From: Tubiluchus corallicola
Lineage: Eukaryota > Animalia > Priapulida
Reading direction: 5' to 3'
Assembly (NCBI GenBank): GCA_030141605.1
Contig: JAQGDQ010000549.1
Location: 80,982-144,981, forward strand
Length of the DNA stretch: 64,000 bases
The notes under the pieces were generated by a model. That model did not search any database. It had not been told where the DNA came from and worked only from the letters and a program-made list of their open reading frames with translations. Within the stretch, counting starts at the first letter, position 1. Every line of letters starts with the position of its first letter. Positions 1 to 13,669 of this stretch are shown one piece after another. The translations under genes and the position numbers were made by a program.

Positions 1-326
1 GAAAAAACACGTGGAATATTCCCGAATGATGACTTCATCAATCTGACAAAATTTTAACCTGATGAGTCAACTTCGGTGTTTGTTTAGTTTCCCACTAATC
101 CAAAAATAAACACATGCGGTTTTAGTTAGAAACAATAAAAATAGCATCAATACTCATTTTTGGAGGGCGATCTGTCAACAAGTTGCGCTGAATGTAAACA
201 AGCAAATAAAATAGAATCGTGCCGACGGCAATCCCAAAAATCAGTTCCCTTACAGGATAAGAAAATGCTGTTCATAAGTAAAGCTTAAAGAATTCGTCAT
301 TTTACATATATATCAGTGGGAATTGA

Positions 327-934
327 AGCAAAACCGAATCCATTCTTAAACTGTAGGTCAAAACAATCTACTTTTTAAAACATTCAAAGGAAACTTACTA
401 TTTTTCAAAAAGGACTTACGTGAAAGAATCATTACCACACAAATACAATTTCACGCTCTCGCCACTACTTCTTCCCTGTTACGTGCATTTCGCCATTCGT
501 CAGTAGACGGGCACTAGCCCCTGCATTTCGGAAACAAAAAATAGGTTAAATACCTGTAACTTCAGATGCGTTACTTTCTGACGAGCTACACACGTTAGAC
601 AGCTCATGCGTGAGCACAGCGGTAAATTTGAAATTTGAATTTTTTTCTGAAAACTTGCCTAGTTTTAGTACAACACACTGAATATCTTACAGTAGCACTG
701 TACATCAATTTTCGCTTTCGCAAGCACGTGCAAAACGTTCGTGGAATATTTTTGTTATTGAAAATTATATTAGTTTGTGATGTCATCAATAGTTGGCCTC
801 GCCCGTTGTTAATTAAGTTTTTAATCTATTATTTAATTATCAGAAACGTTTTTGCAGTATTAATTCTATTAAAACGTATACTTTTTATCGGATCTGAAAA
901 TGGGGTAGTATATGAAAAACCGTCCTGTCTTCTT
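327..934 (+). mobile_element. MITE family A, full-length copy (Kolobok-like)
   Basis: Imperfect TIRs AGCAAAACCGAAT ... TCCTGTCTTCTT, flanked by identical 4-mers TTGA (323-326 and 935-938). Aligns by eye along its length with the copies at 4722, 12151 and 52954. Confidence 0.85.
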
Positions 935-1329
935 TTGAAAAAAAACCTGGCGAAACGAGTTGGGCCATCGTTACTGCCGGGGGGGGGGGTTCGAGACATG
1001 CGTCGTTAACTTCCAATAGTTGATCCAAGGACGTGACGTAATCGTATGGAAGAAATGACGTCACAAAAATCTATTACAAAAAGCTATATTCACTAATTGA
1101 CTAGAAAATCTTTACTCGCTTTGCGTCTATAGGTGAATAATTAACGAGCAAAGTGAATAATTAATATGAAGATTTCGGATCGTGTTAGAAGATGTAAAAG
1201 GTTTAATAGCTTCTGAATTCAAAGGCAACTGAGCAACTGTTCCTTGCTTAATTACTAAGCCACATCCTTGATGACGAGAAGCTGATGAATTAATGAGTAA
1301 TTAGCATCAAGAGATAGTTCCCACAATTG

Positions 1330-3700
1330 GACTGAGAGCACCTTCACGCATGAATCTCCCAGAACCACTAAACTTACCACCTTTATCAGCTCTTGATATG
1401 ATTAAGAACAACTTGACGAAAGAATCTCCTAAAATCACCAAACTTATCACTTTCATCAGCTCTTGATATGATTAAGAACACCTTCACGAAAGAATCTCCT
1501 AGGATCACTAAACTTACCGCCTTCATCAGCTGTTGATATGATTAAGAACAAATTGACGAAAGAATCTCCTAGAATCTCTAAACTTATCACTTTCATCAGC
1601 TGTTGATATGATTAAGAACAACTTGACGCACGAATCTCCCAGAATCACTAAACTTACCACCTTCATCAGCTCTTGATATGATTAAGAACAACTTGACGAA
1701 AGAATCTCCTAGAATCACTAAACTTACCATCTTTATCAGCTCTTGTTATGATTAGGAACAACTTGATGAAAGAATCTCCTAGAATCACTAAACTTACTAC
1801 CTTCATCAGTTCTTGATATGATTAAGAACAACTTGACGAAAGAATCTCCTAGAATCACTAAACTTATCACTTTCATCAGCTCTTGATATGATTGAGAACA
1901 CCTTCACGAAAGAATCTCCTAGGATCACTAAACTTACCGCCTTCATCAGCTGTTGATATGATTAAGAACAAATTGACGAAAGAATCTCCTAGAATCACTA
2001 AACTTATCACTTTCATCAGTTCTTGATATGATTAAGAACAACTTGACGAAAGAATCTCCTATAATCACTAAACTTACCACCTTCATCAGCTCTTGATATG
2101 ATTAAGAATAACTTGACGAAAGAATCTCCTAGAATCACTAAACATATCACCTTCATCAGCTCTTGATATGATTAAGAATAACTTGACGCACGAATCTCCT
2201 AGAATCACTAAACTTACCACTTTCATCAGCTCTTGATATGATTAAGAACAACTTGACGCACGAATCTCCTAGAATCACTAAACTTACCACCTTCATCAGC
2301 TCTTGATATGATTAAGAACATCTTCACGAAAGAATCTCCTAGGATCACTAAACTTACCGCCTTCATCAGCTCTTGATATGATTAAGAACAACTTGACGAA
2401 AGAATCTCCTAGAATCACTAAACTTACCATCTTTATCAGCTCTTGTTATGATTAGGAACAACTTGATGAAAGAATCTCCTAGAATCACTAAACTTACTAC
2501 CTTCATCAGTTCTTGATATGATTAAGAACAACTTGACGAAAGAATCTCCTAGAATCACTAAACTTATCACTTTCATCAGCTCTTGATATGATTGAGAACA
2601 CCTTCACGAAAGAATCTCCTAGGATCACTAAACTTACCGCCTTCATCAGTTCTTGATATGATTAAGAACAACTTGACGAAAGAATCTCCTAGAATCACTA
2701 AACTTATCACTTTCGTCAGCTCTTGATATGATTAAGAACAAATTGACGCGCGAATCTCCTAGAATCGCTAAAGTTACCACCTTCATCAGCTCTTGATATG
2801 ATTAAGAACAAATTGACGCGCGAATCTCCTAGAATCACTAAACTTATCACTTTCATCAGTTCTTGATATGATTAAGAACAACTTGACGAAAGAATCTCCT
2901 AGAATCGCTAAACTTACCACCTTCATCAGCTCTTGATATGATTAAGAACAAATTGACGAAAGAATCTCCTAGAATCACTAAACTTATCACTTTCATCAGT
3001 TCTTGATATGATTAAGAACAACTTGACGAAAGAATCTCCCAGAATCACTAAACTTACCACCTTCATCAGCTCTTGATATGATTATGAACAACTTGACGAA
3101 AGAATCTCCTAGAATCACTAAACTTACCACCGTCATCAGCTCTTGATATGATTAAGAACAACTTGACGAAAGAATCTCCTAGAATCACTAAACTTATCAC
3201 TTTCATCAGCTCTTGATATGATTAAGAACAACTTCACGAAAGAATCTCCTAGAATCACTAAACTTACCACCTTCATCAGCTCTTGATATGATTAAGAACA
3301 ACTTGACGAAAGAATCTCCTAGAATCACTAAACTTACCACCTTCATCAGCTCTTGATATGATTAAGAACAACTTCACGAAAGAATCTCCTAGGATCACTA
3401 AACTTACCACTTTCATCAGCTCTTGATATGATTAAGAACAAATTGACGAAAGAATCTCCTAGAATCACTAAACTTATCACTTTCATCAGCTCTTGATATG
3501 ATTAAGAACAACTTGACGAAAGAATCTCCTGGAATCACTAAACTTACCACCTTCATCAGCTCTTGATATGATTAAGAAAAACGTGACGCGCTAATCTCTT
3601 AGCAAACTTATCGCCCTGATCAACTCTTGATAAGTTCAAGAGCACCTTGGAGTACAAATCTCCTGGAGTCACCAAACTAACCACCTTAACCAACTCTTCG
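1330..3700. repeat. 70-bp satellite, about 33 copies
   Basis: Unit GAATCTCCTAGAATCACTAAACTTACCACCTTCATCAGCTCTTGATATGATTAAGAACAACTTGACGAAA; period of 70 (1421, 1491, 1561...), degenerate at the edges. Confidence 0.97.
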
Positions 3701-4721
3701 CCTTAACTGGAGAAATTCCTGTTAAAAGACGAAACGACCTTAATTTTTCCTTGGCTGACCGATTGGCTTTTCCCGGTACTCCAAGATTCTTCTCAATAGA
3801 ACATTACCTAATTTATAATCGTTTAGTTATGTCTGTACTCATACAGTACCAGAAAAGTCATAGGCCTTATAAAGCCTATTTTGAATGGTGAAGTCCGGAA
3901 GGAATTGATGACATGGATTTGATGTTTTTAAGAACTGCCCCTGTTGTCCAGTATTTTTTATACTGGTAGATAACAATGCCTTTAAATATGGAACTATTGG
4001 CTAAGCAATTTGAAACAGTGTTTTCCAAATGAAACGTTCTCTTATCTTAAAACCCACAACGCTGACGAAAATACATGAATTTGAAAACAGTTCTCTGCGG
4101 GCGAGAAGCTTTGGCGTGAGAACTACTTTATTGCACACCAACAGAATCACTTTATTGCACGAGGCGGCTGTTATAAATTGATAATGCCTGGAATTTCTCG
4201 GCACCTCAAACCCAGCTGGCCGGATTTCAATAAACAAAAACAACAACATGTTTTGATAACTTGAATTTTCATTAAAAACGTTGATAACGAAACAGTTTCA
4301 TACACAATGTAATTGACGTCTAATAAAAATGTTTTTGCTAAAATGCATCATGCTTTTTACACTATTAATTATAAACACAGATAAAAGATATAAAAGAGTC
4401 TTCTATCTTTACAGCATTATTTATCAAAAATAGAAATTTCTTTCACATCTGCTATGCAATCAGTTGAAGGGTTAAACTCAGTTGAAAGGTCTAAAATTAA
4501 GTTCTATAATTATTCTATTTATAGTTTCTCACAGACCATTATTACCTGTATTTTAATTTCTTTCTTATTTCAATAGAAAGACTTATTTCAGTCATTGAAA
4601 CTATTTGGCACTTTGCCAGGAATTATAGGCGTATGTACGAGAAATGCTACGTTTGTTTTCCAAATAATGAAGCGTTTAGATCCTTCAACACTTTCACAGC
4701 CTATTACTTTTGAGTACTTAA

Positions 4722-5336
4722 AGGAAGACGGGGCGATTTTTCATATACAACCCCATTTTAAAAAATCCGAAAAAATACATTTTAACACAATTAATAGTGC
4801 AAAAGCGTTTCTGATAATTAAATAATAGATTAAAATCTGAATTAACGGCGGGCGAGCTCAACTATTGATGACATCACCAACTAACAAAATTTTTAACAAC
4901 AAAAATATTCCACGAGCGTGTTGCGTGTGTTTGCGAAAGCGAAAATTGAAGTACAGTGCTACTGTGAGATATTCAGTGTGTTCTACTGAAACTAGGCAAG
5001 TTTTAAGATAAAAATTCAAATATCAAATTTACCGTTGTGCTCATACATGAGTTGTCGAAACTGTGAAGTTCGTCACAAATTAACACATCAGAAGGGAAAG
5101 GTACAGTTCCTGTTTTTTTGTGCAATGCGTTTTTTTGATGCGCTAGTGCCCGTCTAACTAGCGAATGATGAAATGCATGTGACAGCGAAGAACTAGTGGC
5201 GCGAATGTAAAATTGTGTTTGTCTGGTAATAATTCTTTCAAGTAAATCAAAAAAATAGTATGTTTCCTTTCAATATTTTTCCTTTTAAACACAGGATTGC
5301 TTTCACCTGCAGCTTGAGATTGGATCCGGTTTTGTA
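4722..5336 (-). mobile_element. MITE family A copy (inverted)
   Basis: TTAA|AGGAAGACGGG start; reverse complement of 327-934 throughout, ending GGATCCGGTTTTG. Confidence 0.85.
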
Positions 5337-6269
5337 TTGTATAAATTTATAGCCAAACTGTTTGTGGTGCGCTAGAGGTGCAGGCATTTCAGGAAACTTC
5401 TACTTGTGATGGTGAAACAGACTTCTCCTTTACGGAGTGGAAGTTTCTAAAATCATCAGTGCAGATTAGCAGACGATGTTAATGTGTTAGTTTAGTACAT
5501 TTCCTGCAGATGTCGCTTTTTGCCGATTTGGTGACCATTAAAACGGAAAAGCTGCAGTTCGCTTGTTGAGGCTAATGAAGATAGAAATGTTATTCTTGCT
5601 TTTTACGTCTCAACGCTGAAGAGTGAACGTTTCCTTCAAAACTTGGACATAAATTTCCTTTATTGAGGCTTGAAATCCTGGATAGAATGTTAAACGACGG
5701 TCGCCTCTTCCGAGAGGTAATCAAATAGCCGTTTGGTGGCGCTGCAGCTGAGCCCTGCATCCTGATGGCTTACTCACTGCTGGCTTCTGGGTTGAGAAAA
5801 CTTAATTAACTAGAAGAATAACTGCTTGGCAGAGTTTATTCAACTTCTTAAAACTTTTTGCAAACATGGTCGTTACGAGAAGGAACAAATAAAGGACTTT
5901 ATTACTATGGAAAGAGTTCATGCTAAACCGGAAGAGGATGTTAGGCAAGAAACGTCACAACGGAAACGGCGACTGTAATGCCAATGACATAAATAACGCA
6001 AAACAGCAAAAAAGTACGACAAAAGCCAATAACAACCCCCCCGCTTTTCGTTAAGATCTTAGAAAATGGAGAATCTTGCAGCCACCATTGTTCGAAAGGC
6101 AATTTCATTAAATTATAGACGTATCAGACGAAAGTCGAGAACTTCTTACAATGACATATCATGTGTAACGTCTAAGATGTTCATACCTTCTACTGATGAG
6201 ACGTAATTGGATTAGAATTGCTAGTTTGTGGATTTTGACAGCGCTTAGTGCTAGAAGAATACAGTAAAT

Positions 6270-6648
6270 AAGTATTTTCACAGTCATGCTATGCGCAAGT
6301 GCAGTTGCTGTAGGTCAAAGGTTAGGTGTACCACAACAATGCGTCTTAACTGCCACGTGACATGTGGGTAAAGTAAACCCGTGTGCAGCGTCAGTTCAGT
6401 AACTTCAGTTGTTTTACGTGGACTTAATTATGCATTAGTCTGTGCGCAGAGTGAATTACTAGTTGGATCTTACTTGGGAACAAGAAAAAATGAACTAGGT
6501 AAGGTTCTAACTATCTGTTAAAACTGTTACTAGTACAATAGCATGTTCTGCGAGATGTTGTCAAGTGCACACAAATGCATTGTCTGGTACACTTAACCTT
6601 TCATCTTTTCACGATCATCATCAATCGCTGGAACTGTGACAAAAGCTT
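6270..6648 (+). mobile_element. MITE family B copy
   Basis: GCAGTTGCTGTAGGTCAAAGGTTA.GTGTACCAC ... GGTACACTTAACCTTT inverted pair; body shared with 10418 and 38962. Confidence 0.8.
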
Positions 6649-6847
6649 GTTCTGAGGCAAAGGTACATTATATTTCAACCGCTATGACGGTGTTGGGAAA
6701 TTTGTGACATTGCTGGAAAATAAAGCCACTTAATCCGAGTTTTTGTCAGTGTAACCAACGAAGTATTCAAAAACTAGAAATACTAAACTGAAATGTAAAT
6801 GGGTCGCGTATTGTATACTTCTATGCCCTTTTCCGGTTTTCAGTAAT

Positions 6848-7160
6848 GGCGCGTTCAGACTAGCGAATTTTTTGTCCAGAGTTTTCTCTCTGACTGCAAA
6901 TTTGTAAGTGTGAACTCCTTTGCGAGTTACTATCGACAAGTTACTGCAAACTCTCCAACAGTTACTGCGAGTTGATTTGCTGTCCAGTGTGAACGCCTGG
7001 GGGAGTTACTCTCGACACACCTTCCATTGAATAGAGAAATGAGTGTTACCTCTTTGCTTCGGAAAGTAACTCACAGTAAGCTTTGCTCTCTGGTCTGCAC
7101 ACGCTTGCGAGTTACCTGGTAAATTTAAGTTGGTGACAAAATTCGCTGGTCTGAAACGCC
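6848..7160. mobile_element. TIR MITE (PIF/Harbinger-like termini)
   Basis: GGCGCGTTCAGACTAGCGAATTTT at left versus AAAATTCGCTGGTCTGAAACGCC at right (about 23-bp imperfect TIR), with internal GAGTTACT/AGTTACT subrepeats. The TSD is not clear. Confidence 0.72.
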
Positions 7161-7186
7161 GCAAAGATGAGAAGCGTTTCTTATTA

Positions 7187-7562
7187 ATTATTTATTATTA
7201 TTATTATTATTATTGTTATTGTTATTGTTATTGTTATTGTTATTGTTATTGTTATTGTTACTGTTACTGTTACTGTTACTGTTACTGTTACTGTTACTGT
7301 TACTATTACTATTACTATTACTATTACTATTACTATTACTATTACTATTACTATTACTATTACTATTACTATTACTATTACTATTACTATTACTATTACT
7401 ATTACTATTACTATTATTATTAATATTATTATTATTACTATTTCTACTATTATTACTACTACTATTACTTTTACTATTACTATTACTGTTACTGTTACTG
7501 TTACTTTTGTTATTGTTGCTGTTGTTGTTGTTATTATTATTATTATTAATTATTGATTATTA
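7187..7562. repeat. Compound trinucleotide/hexanucleotide microsatellite (TTA/TTG/TTACTG/TTACTA)
   Basis: Direct reading. Confidence 0.97.
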
Positions 7563-9124
7563 AATTGTAATTTTGAATCAGAATTTGTACAGTGAACAGC
7601 TGCTAACTGAAATTCAAGTTGAGTTTTAATACCTCCATAAGAATAACCTACATAAGTTTATGAGAACTCACAAAGGAAATCAACACGCACAAATCTGCAA
7701 GATTACGCGGTCTTTGTATTTAAACAATGATAGTTTAAACTAATATTGGCCTTCAGTGGCGGTGAATTTATGCGCATGATACTAGTCCGCGACGCTTAGA
7801 CTTACGCACGATTTCTGCTTGTTTGCACGACCTAAACAGGTCACAATTTATGTCATTTTTTGAAAGAATTACAAACAAAGCCAGTTCATTCAATAAATAT
7901 CTGATTTTTTTAACATTCAGTAAAACGTGTAAAGTTTAAAACAGCCTCACACAACGATGACGATGACGATGATAGTGAAGATGATGATGATGATGATGGT
8001 GGTGACAATATTGTTGAATTGCTGATAACGATGATGATGTTGATGATGTTGATGACAATATTGTTGAATTGCTGATAATGATGATGATGTTGATGATGAT
8101 GACGGTGACTATGATGATTAAGATGGTGGTGAGGATGATGACGACGATAACGATAATGGTGGCGATGCCAAACTCAACAATAACACATAGACCAAGTGAT
8201 GAAAATTATTAAAAAAGATGCACAGGGAGAAAAGACGCTACGACAATTGTAATTTCATACAGAAGCAGTTCTGTAGAAAACCTCAACAGATACACTCATT
8301 CCGTAAACGCATACATAAACTTATTAAAGTCATTTTACGTACGCTTACTACTCTTTTAATGACGCTTATAGAGAACTATCAAGCTATAACCTATCTAGTT
8401 TCCACTTAATAAGTTACGTACGCCTGTCTGTAACATTATTCAATAGATAGTAGGCAAGAGAGCCACCAATACATGCCCGCATTGACCAATGCTTAATTAG
8501 TTTAATCAAAATCTATTATTTGCAACAAACACTGCCCATATCACACAGCAAATTACTATAATTATTTTATTATTTCTGCACAATAATGAAAACAACGAAT
8601 GATAGTTCACAAAAGCAGAATAATGGTAGCTTTTACTAGGCTCATAAATACACGTTTGAAAATCCAGTGATAAACGTTGATTAGCATGGTCTATCACTCA
8701 AAGCTGAGCTAATTAAAAAACCCAAATGTTTGTTTGGTACGTTGTAGGAAGTTTGACAAACATAAATTCGAAGTTGAGTTGTCAGACACTTGAGGCATAA
8801 ATTTGACATGGGAGTGAGTATAACATATCAGGTGGCAAAGAAAAAATGTACCGAAGTCTACACTAGAATAATACTAACGTGCTTTACACAGCTGAAATTC
8901 CAATCTGAGACATTATCGTACATTGGCTTTTGGCTGTGAAACTTATAAGTGTATAGTTTTGCTAATTTTTATGTTATGTCTGAAAAGGTTTTGCGTATTA
9001 AAAATTTAAATGCCGGAGTATTTAACGCTATTGCTCACAGCAGTGGAAACGCTGGTTATGCTGTCAATTTTTGAACGTGTGGTTGTACTATTTAGTGATT
9101 TACGATTTTTATAGCAACAAACAA

Positions 9125-9283
9125 TTTTATTACTATTATTGTTATTGCTGTTGCTATTGCTCTTGCTGTTGTTGTTGATATTATTATTATTATTTTATTA
9201 TTGTTGTTGTTGTTGTTGTTGTTGCTGCTGCTGTTGTTGTTGTTGTTGTTGTTGTTGGTTGTTGTTGTTGTTGTTGTTGCTGT

Positions 9284-9339
<56 letters not shown>

Positions 9340-9355
9340 TGCACTACCACTACCA

Positions 9356-9387
<32 letters not shown>

Positions 9388-9416
9388 TTTACTACTACAA
9401 CTACAACTACTACTTT

Positions 9417-9505
<89 letters not shown>

Positions 9506-9532
9506 TTATTATTATTATTATTGTTATTATTA
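9125..9532. repeat. Compound microsatellite (TTG)n-(CTA)n-(TTA)n
   Basis: Direct reading. Confidence 0.97.
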
Positions 9533-10417
9533 ATTTAAATTTTTGCTCATTGTGTTTATAATCTAAATATTGGACTGCAAGGTTACAAAATTGGTAGTTG
9601 AAACAGTGTAATTTAGCTCCTCAAACTCAGTAATCAAACTACATACACAAATTCAAAGCATCAGTGAGTTTTCACTGTGCAAAAAGATCATCGAGAGACC
9701 ATGACGACGATGATGATGGCGATCGTCTTCAACTCGGAGTTTGTTGAAGGATCCCGTATTATGAGATTTGGCCGGAAGATTTAGGTTAGAGAAACACTCT
9801 GTGAAACGTTTTGTCCCCAAGCTCGAGTATTTTGAAATAGGTTAAAATGCGTTTACAATAGGATTTGCTATGGCACTCCAATGTTTACAAGATTACGTAC
9901 GGATTACGAAGTCGCGCGCTGCATAAACGCATTGTGACGTCACTCGACCAAGCCATTTTATTTATGTAACTTAAGCGCAGCAGTTTGTAGTGTCGTTTTA
10001 ACTGCTGACTGATTCTAATTTAGTGCAAGTATGAAATTGCCAAACCCTAATTTACAACCTTCGCACAAGATTTCCTGTCATTCAGTTTAGTAAACGGAGG
10101 TTTGTGAAAATTAATCGACGTTGAATTATCGTTGAGTTGTTGTTGCAAAACAGAAAAATTTGAAAATACGGTTTTAACAATGCGAGCAGGATTACACAGT
10201 AGAACACGGAGACAATAGTCATCATTGTATAGAAGGGCAAGGTGGGCCTGTCCAGGGAGGGTCACGTAAGTGCCGAGTTTAACGGTTTCGGATGAATATG
10301 AACATTCTTCAAAAAGACATGGTTAATGTGCAATGGGGAGTGAATAGGGCTGTAATTAGGAAGTGTTGGGACATATTATAGGCGCTTTGTGGTGATGTGC
10401 AAAATGGTGAAACGGCC

Positions 10418-10765
10418 ACGTTGTGCGCACGCGTAGTTGCTGTAAGTCAAAGGTTAAGTGTGCCACATCAATGCGTCCTAACTACAACAGTCATGTGACT
10501 GTGGGGAAAGTAAAGCCGTCTGCCACGTCACTTGTTTTTCTTAGACTTCACTTAATTATCCATCAGTCTGTGCGTACAGCAATTTACTAGCAGAATCTTG
10601 CTTGGGAAGAAGAAAAAATGAGCTAGGTAAGATTCTAGCTAGCTGTTAAAACTGTTGCTGTTACAGCAGCTTGGGCAGCGGGACGTTGTCAAGTGTACAC
10701 AAATGCATTGTCTGGTACACTTAACCTTTGACCTTTCACGGTTAACATCAATCGCTGGAACTGTA
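10418..10765 (+). mobile_element. MITE family B copy
   Basis: GTTGTGCGCACGCGTAGTTGCTGTAAGTCAAAGGTTAAGTGT ... GGTACACTTAACCTTTGACC. Confidence 0.8.
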
Positions 10766-10948
10766 TATAGTCTTATTGTGTGAACTCTGTGCAGACACTG
10801 ATCTCTAAAGAAAGGAACTGGAAGAATTATTATTTAAAAAAAGATCTATAACGAAGAAATTGAAAATTCCTAAATATGTATTAAGCTGAAAATGTGCAAT
10901 CCCCCTCACTCATTACCTTCAAATCCTCCATCTAGTGGATTAGGAAGG

Positions 10949-11610
10949 AGTTTACAATTCCCCACACAATTTAAATACCCTACCCTACCCTAACCCTAGC
11001 CCACCCCTAGGTCTATCTCTAAGCCTATTCCTAACCCCAACCCTAACCCTAACCCCACACAATTTAAATACCCTACCCTAACTCTAACTATAACCCTAGC
11101 TCTAATCCAACCCTAGCCCTAGCCCACCCCTAACTCTATCTCAAAATCTATTCCTAACCCCAACCCTAACCCTAACCCCACAAAATTTAAATACCCTACT
11201 CTAACCCTAGCCCTAGCCCACCCCTAACTCTATCTCTAAACTTATTCCTAACCCCAACCCTAACCCTAACCCCACACAATTTAAATACCCTACCCTAACC
11301 CTAACTATAACCCTAGCTCTAATCCAACCCTAGCCCTAGCCCTAGCCCTAGCCCTAGCCCTAGCCCTAGCCCACCCCTAACTATCTCTAAATCTATTCCT
11401 AACCCCAACCCTAACCCTAACCCACACAATTTAAATACCCTACCCTAACCCTAGCCTTAATCCAACCCTCGCTCTAGCCCACCCCTAACTCTATCTCTAA
11501 ACCTATTCCTAACCCCAACCCTAACCTAACCCTAATTCTAGCCCTAATCGTAATCTTAACCCTAATCCTAATCCTCTTCACGAACTCTTGTGTATTGGGA
11601 ATTGTAAACT
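10949..11610. repeat. Telomere-like (CCCTAA/CCCTAG) compound array bounded by inverted repeats; probable non-autonomous element
   Basis: AGTTTACAATTCCC (10949-10962) and GGGAATTGTAAACT (11597-11610) enclose five ~95-150 bp units, each starting CCACACAATTTAAATACCCTA. Confidence 0.8.
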
Positions 11611-12150
11611 TTAGCCGCTGATTCAACCAATTCTACAAAGTGTCATAACGTCACGAAGCCATAAACTCATTGTAGTTTTTGCAACATTGATGTCGCCTGC
11701 TGTATGAGGTTCCTGAATTCTCCTGCTTACACAAACCGACACGCACAGACATTGATAATTCAATACTGAGAACATCAGCGTCTGTGTTGTTGATCAACTG
11801 TAGCTTTAGAAATCTCTGGTCATTTGGTCAATAATCACTGAGCAGCAGCACGTACGTCACTTCCGGCAATTATTACACGGATTCACTGAAGCTGTCAGCT
11901 TGTAAGTGATACCTGTCTTCTGATTAATGCAATGCTGAATTTCTCGTTCGCGCGCTTAGTTATTCGATCTTACATTCATTTCCCCATTCGTCTCTAGGCG
12001 AGCACTGGAATTTAAAATCGGCCACATTTTTGTATACCACACTAAATGGTGCACGATTTATCTTGAATTTTGTACAAGGTTACTATAAACGCAAGTCCTT
12101 AATACAATAAGACAGCATATAAGTGGTACTTTTCAAGGTGAACTTTTTAT

Positions 12151-12722
12151 AGCAAAACTGGATCCAGTCTTAAGCAGGTCAAAACAACCTACACTTTAAA
12201 ATATTGAAACAAAACATACTATTTTTTTTCAAAAATTACTTACGTCAAAGAATTATTACGACACAAACACAACTTCACGTTCGCGCCACTAGTTCTTCGC
12301 TGTTACATGCATTTCGACAGGCACTAGCGCCTGTATTTCCGAAACTCACAAAAAAACAGGTGTTGTACCTCTCAATTCAGATGTGTAAGTTTGTGACGAA
12401 CTGCACACGTTCGACAGCTCACGCGTGAGCACAGATAAATTTGAAAATTGAATTTTTTCCTTTAAAACTTGCCCAGTTTTAATACAACACATCGATTACC
12501 TTACAGTAGTTCTGTACTTCAATTTTCTCTTTCGCAAACACGTGCAGCACGCTCGCGGATATTCTTGCTGTTGAAAATTATGTTAGTTTGTGATGTCATC
12601 AATAGTTGGGCTCGTCCGCCGTTAATTATGTTTTTAACTTATCATTTAATTATCAGAAACGCTTTTGCAGCATTAATTGTGTTAAAATATATACTTTTTA
12701 TCGGACTTGAAAATGGGGTCCT
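12151..12722 (+). mobile_element. MITE family A copy with a short subterminal deletion
   Basis: AGCAAAACTGGATCC start, shared body, ends AAATGGGGT-CCT|TTAA. Confidence 0.85.
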
Positions 12723-13669
12723 TTAAGCTTTGTTTATGAAGTGCGTTTTCTTGTGATTTAAATACATTAAACCACATACTTGTGAATTAACAAATTAAAT
12801 AACAGATTTAGCACAAGAAATGGTATACTGATAAAGTCTAACTGAATAAAATGCGACATTTTCTTTATCAGGCGGCTTTCACGTTTTGCTTTGATCAATT
12901 TCTGTCTAATGTAACCCCCACATTAATTTAGCAATATTTACACTGTAGTAACGTCTTAAGTGCAAATTTAACAGCCTGTTCACACAGCGCAGTGACGTCA
13001 CACGAATCTTAGCAACAAACGCTGATTAATTTTTATGCGCCTGGCGAAATTAAAATCTGAAGAATGTATTATGCTTGTAATCTGTTCAAGTCAAGCTGAC
13101 TTTATTAACAATTTTCGCAGAAATTTCTCCTCAACGGGCCGTAAAAGCTACGCAAGTAATATGGAGAGAATTCCATAGAGAAATTTGTTTTTAATTGAAA
13201 GGAAATTCAAATAAATGATTCGCTCCTTGTAGTGCTGAAATTTCCTGTCACAACAGTAACGGAGCAAATGTTGAACCTTGTATAACAACGTTGTTTTGAT
13301 TAGTTTTATTCCGTTCACGTAAATCACTCATTTCATTTTGCCTGCCTTAATAATTTCTGTCAGGTCAAAAAACTGACTGACTGGCTAATTTATCTACACT
13401 GACTGACTGACTGACTGCATGGATGAATGAATAAACGAATGAATGAACGAACGAACGAACGAATAAATGACTAATTGGCAAAGCGAGTTATACCATACCT
13501 TATTGATTTGAGTAGAAAGCGTGTGGCTTCTTTTGGACATGACTTTTTTCTATGATTTCTCCTGGATATAGTGTTTGCGTAGCGTATGCACGCGCCGCGC
13601 ATGCGCAGACGGTTCTTCATTAATGAGGCAAACATTAAAGCAGTAGCATATTCTCGCTGAATAAACGGA

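Noticed and set aside
604-1009. Recurrent ORFs such as '...IFLLLKIILVCDVINSW..P.LIKFL' (also 12469, 28662)
   Set aside because: They recur because they lie in MITE family A; frames are not conserved among copies and there are no transposase motifs.
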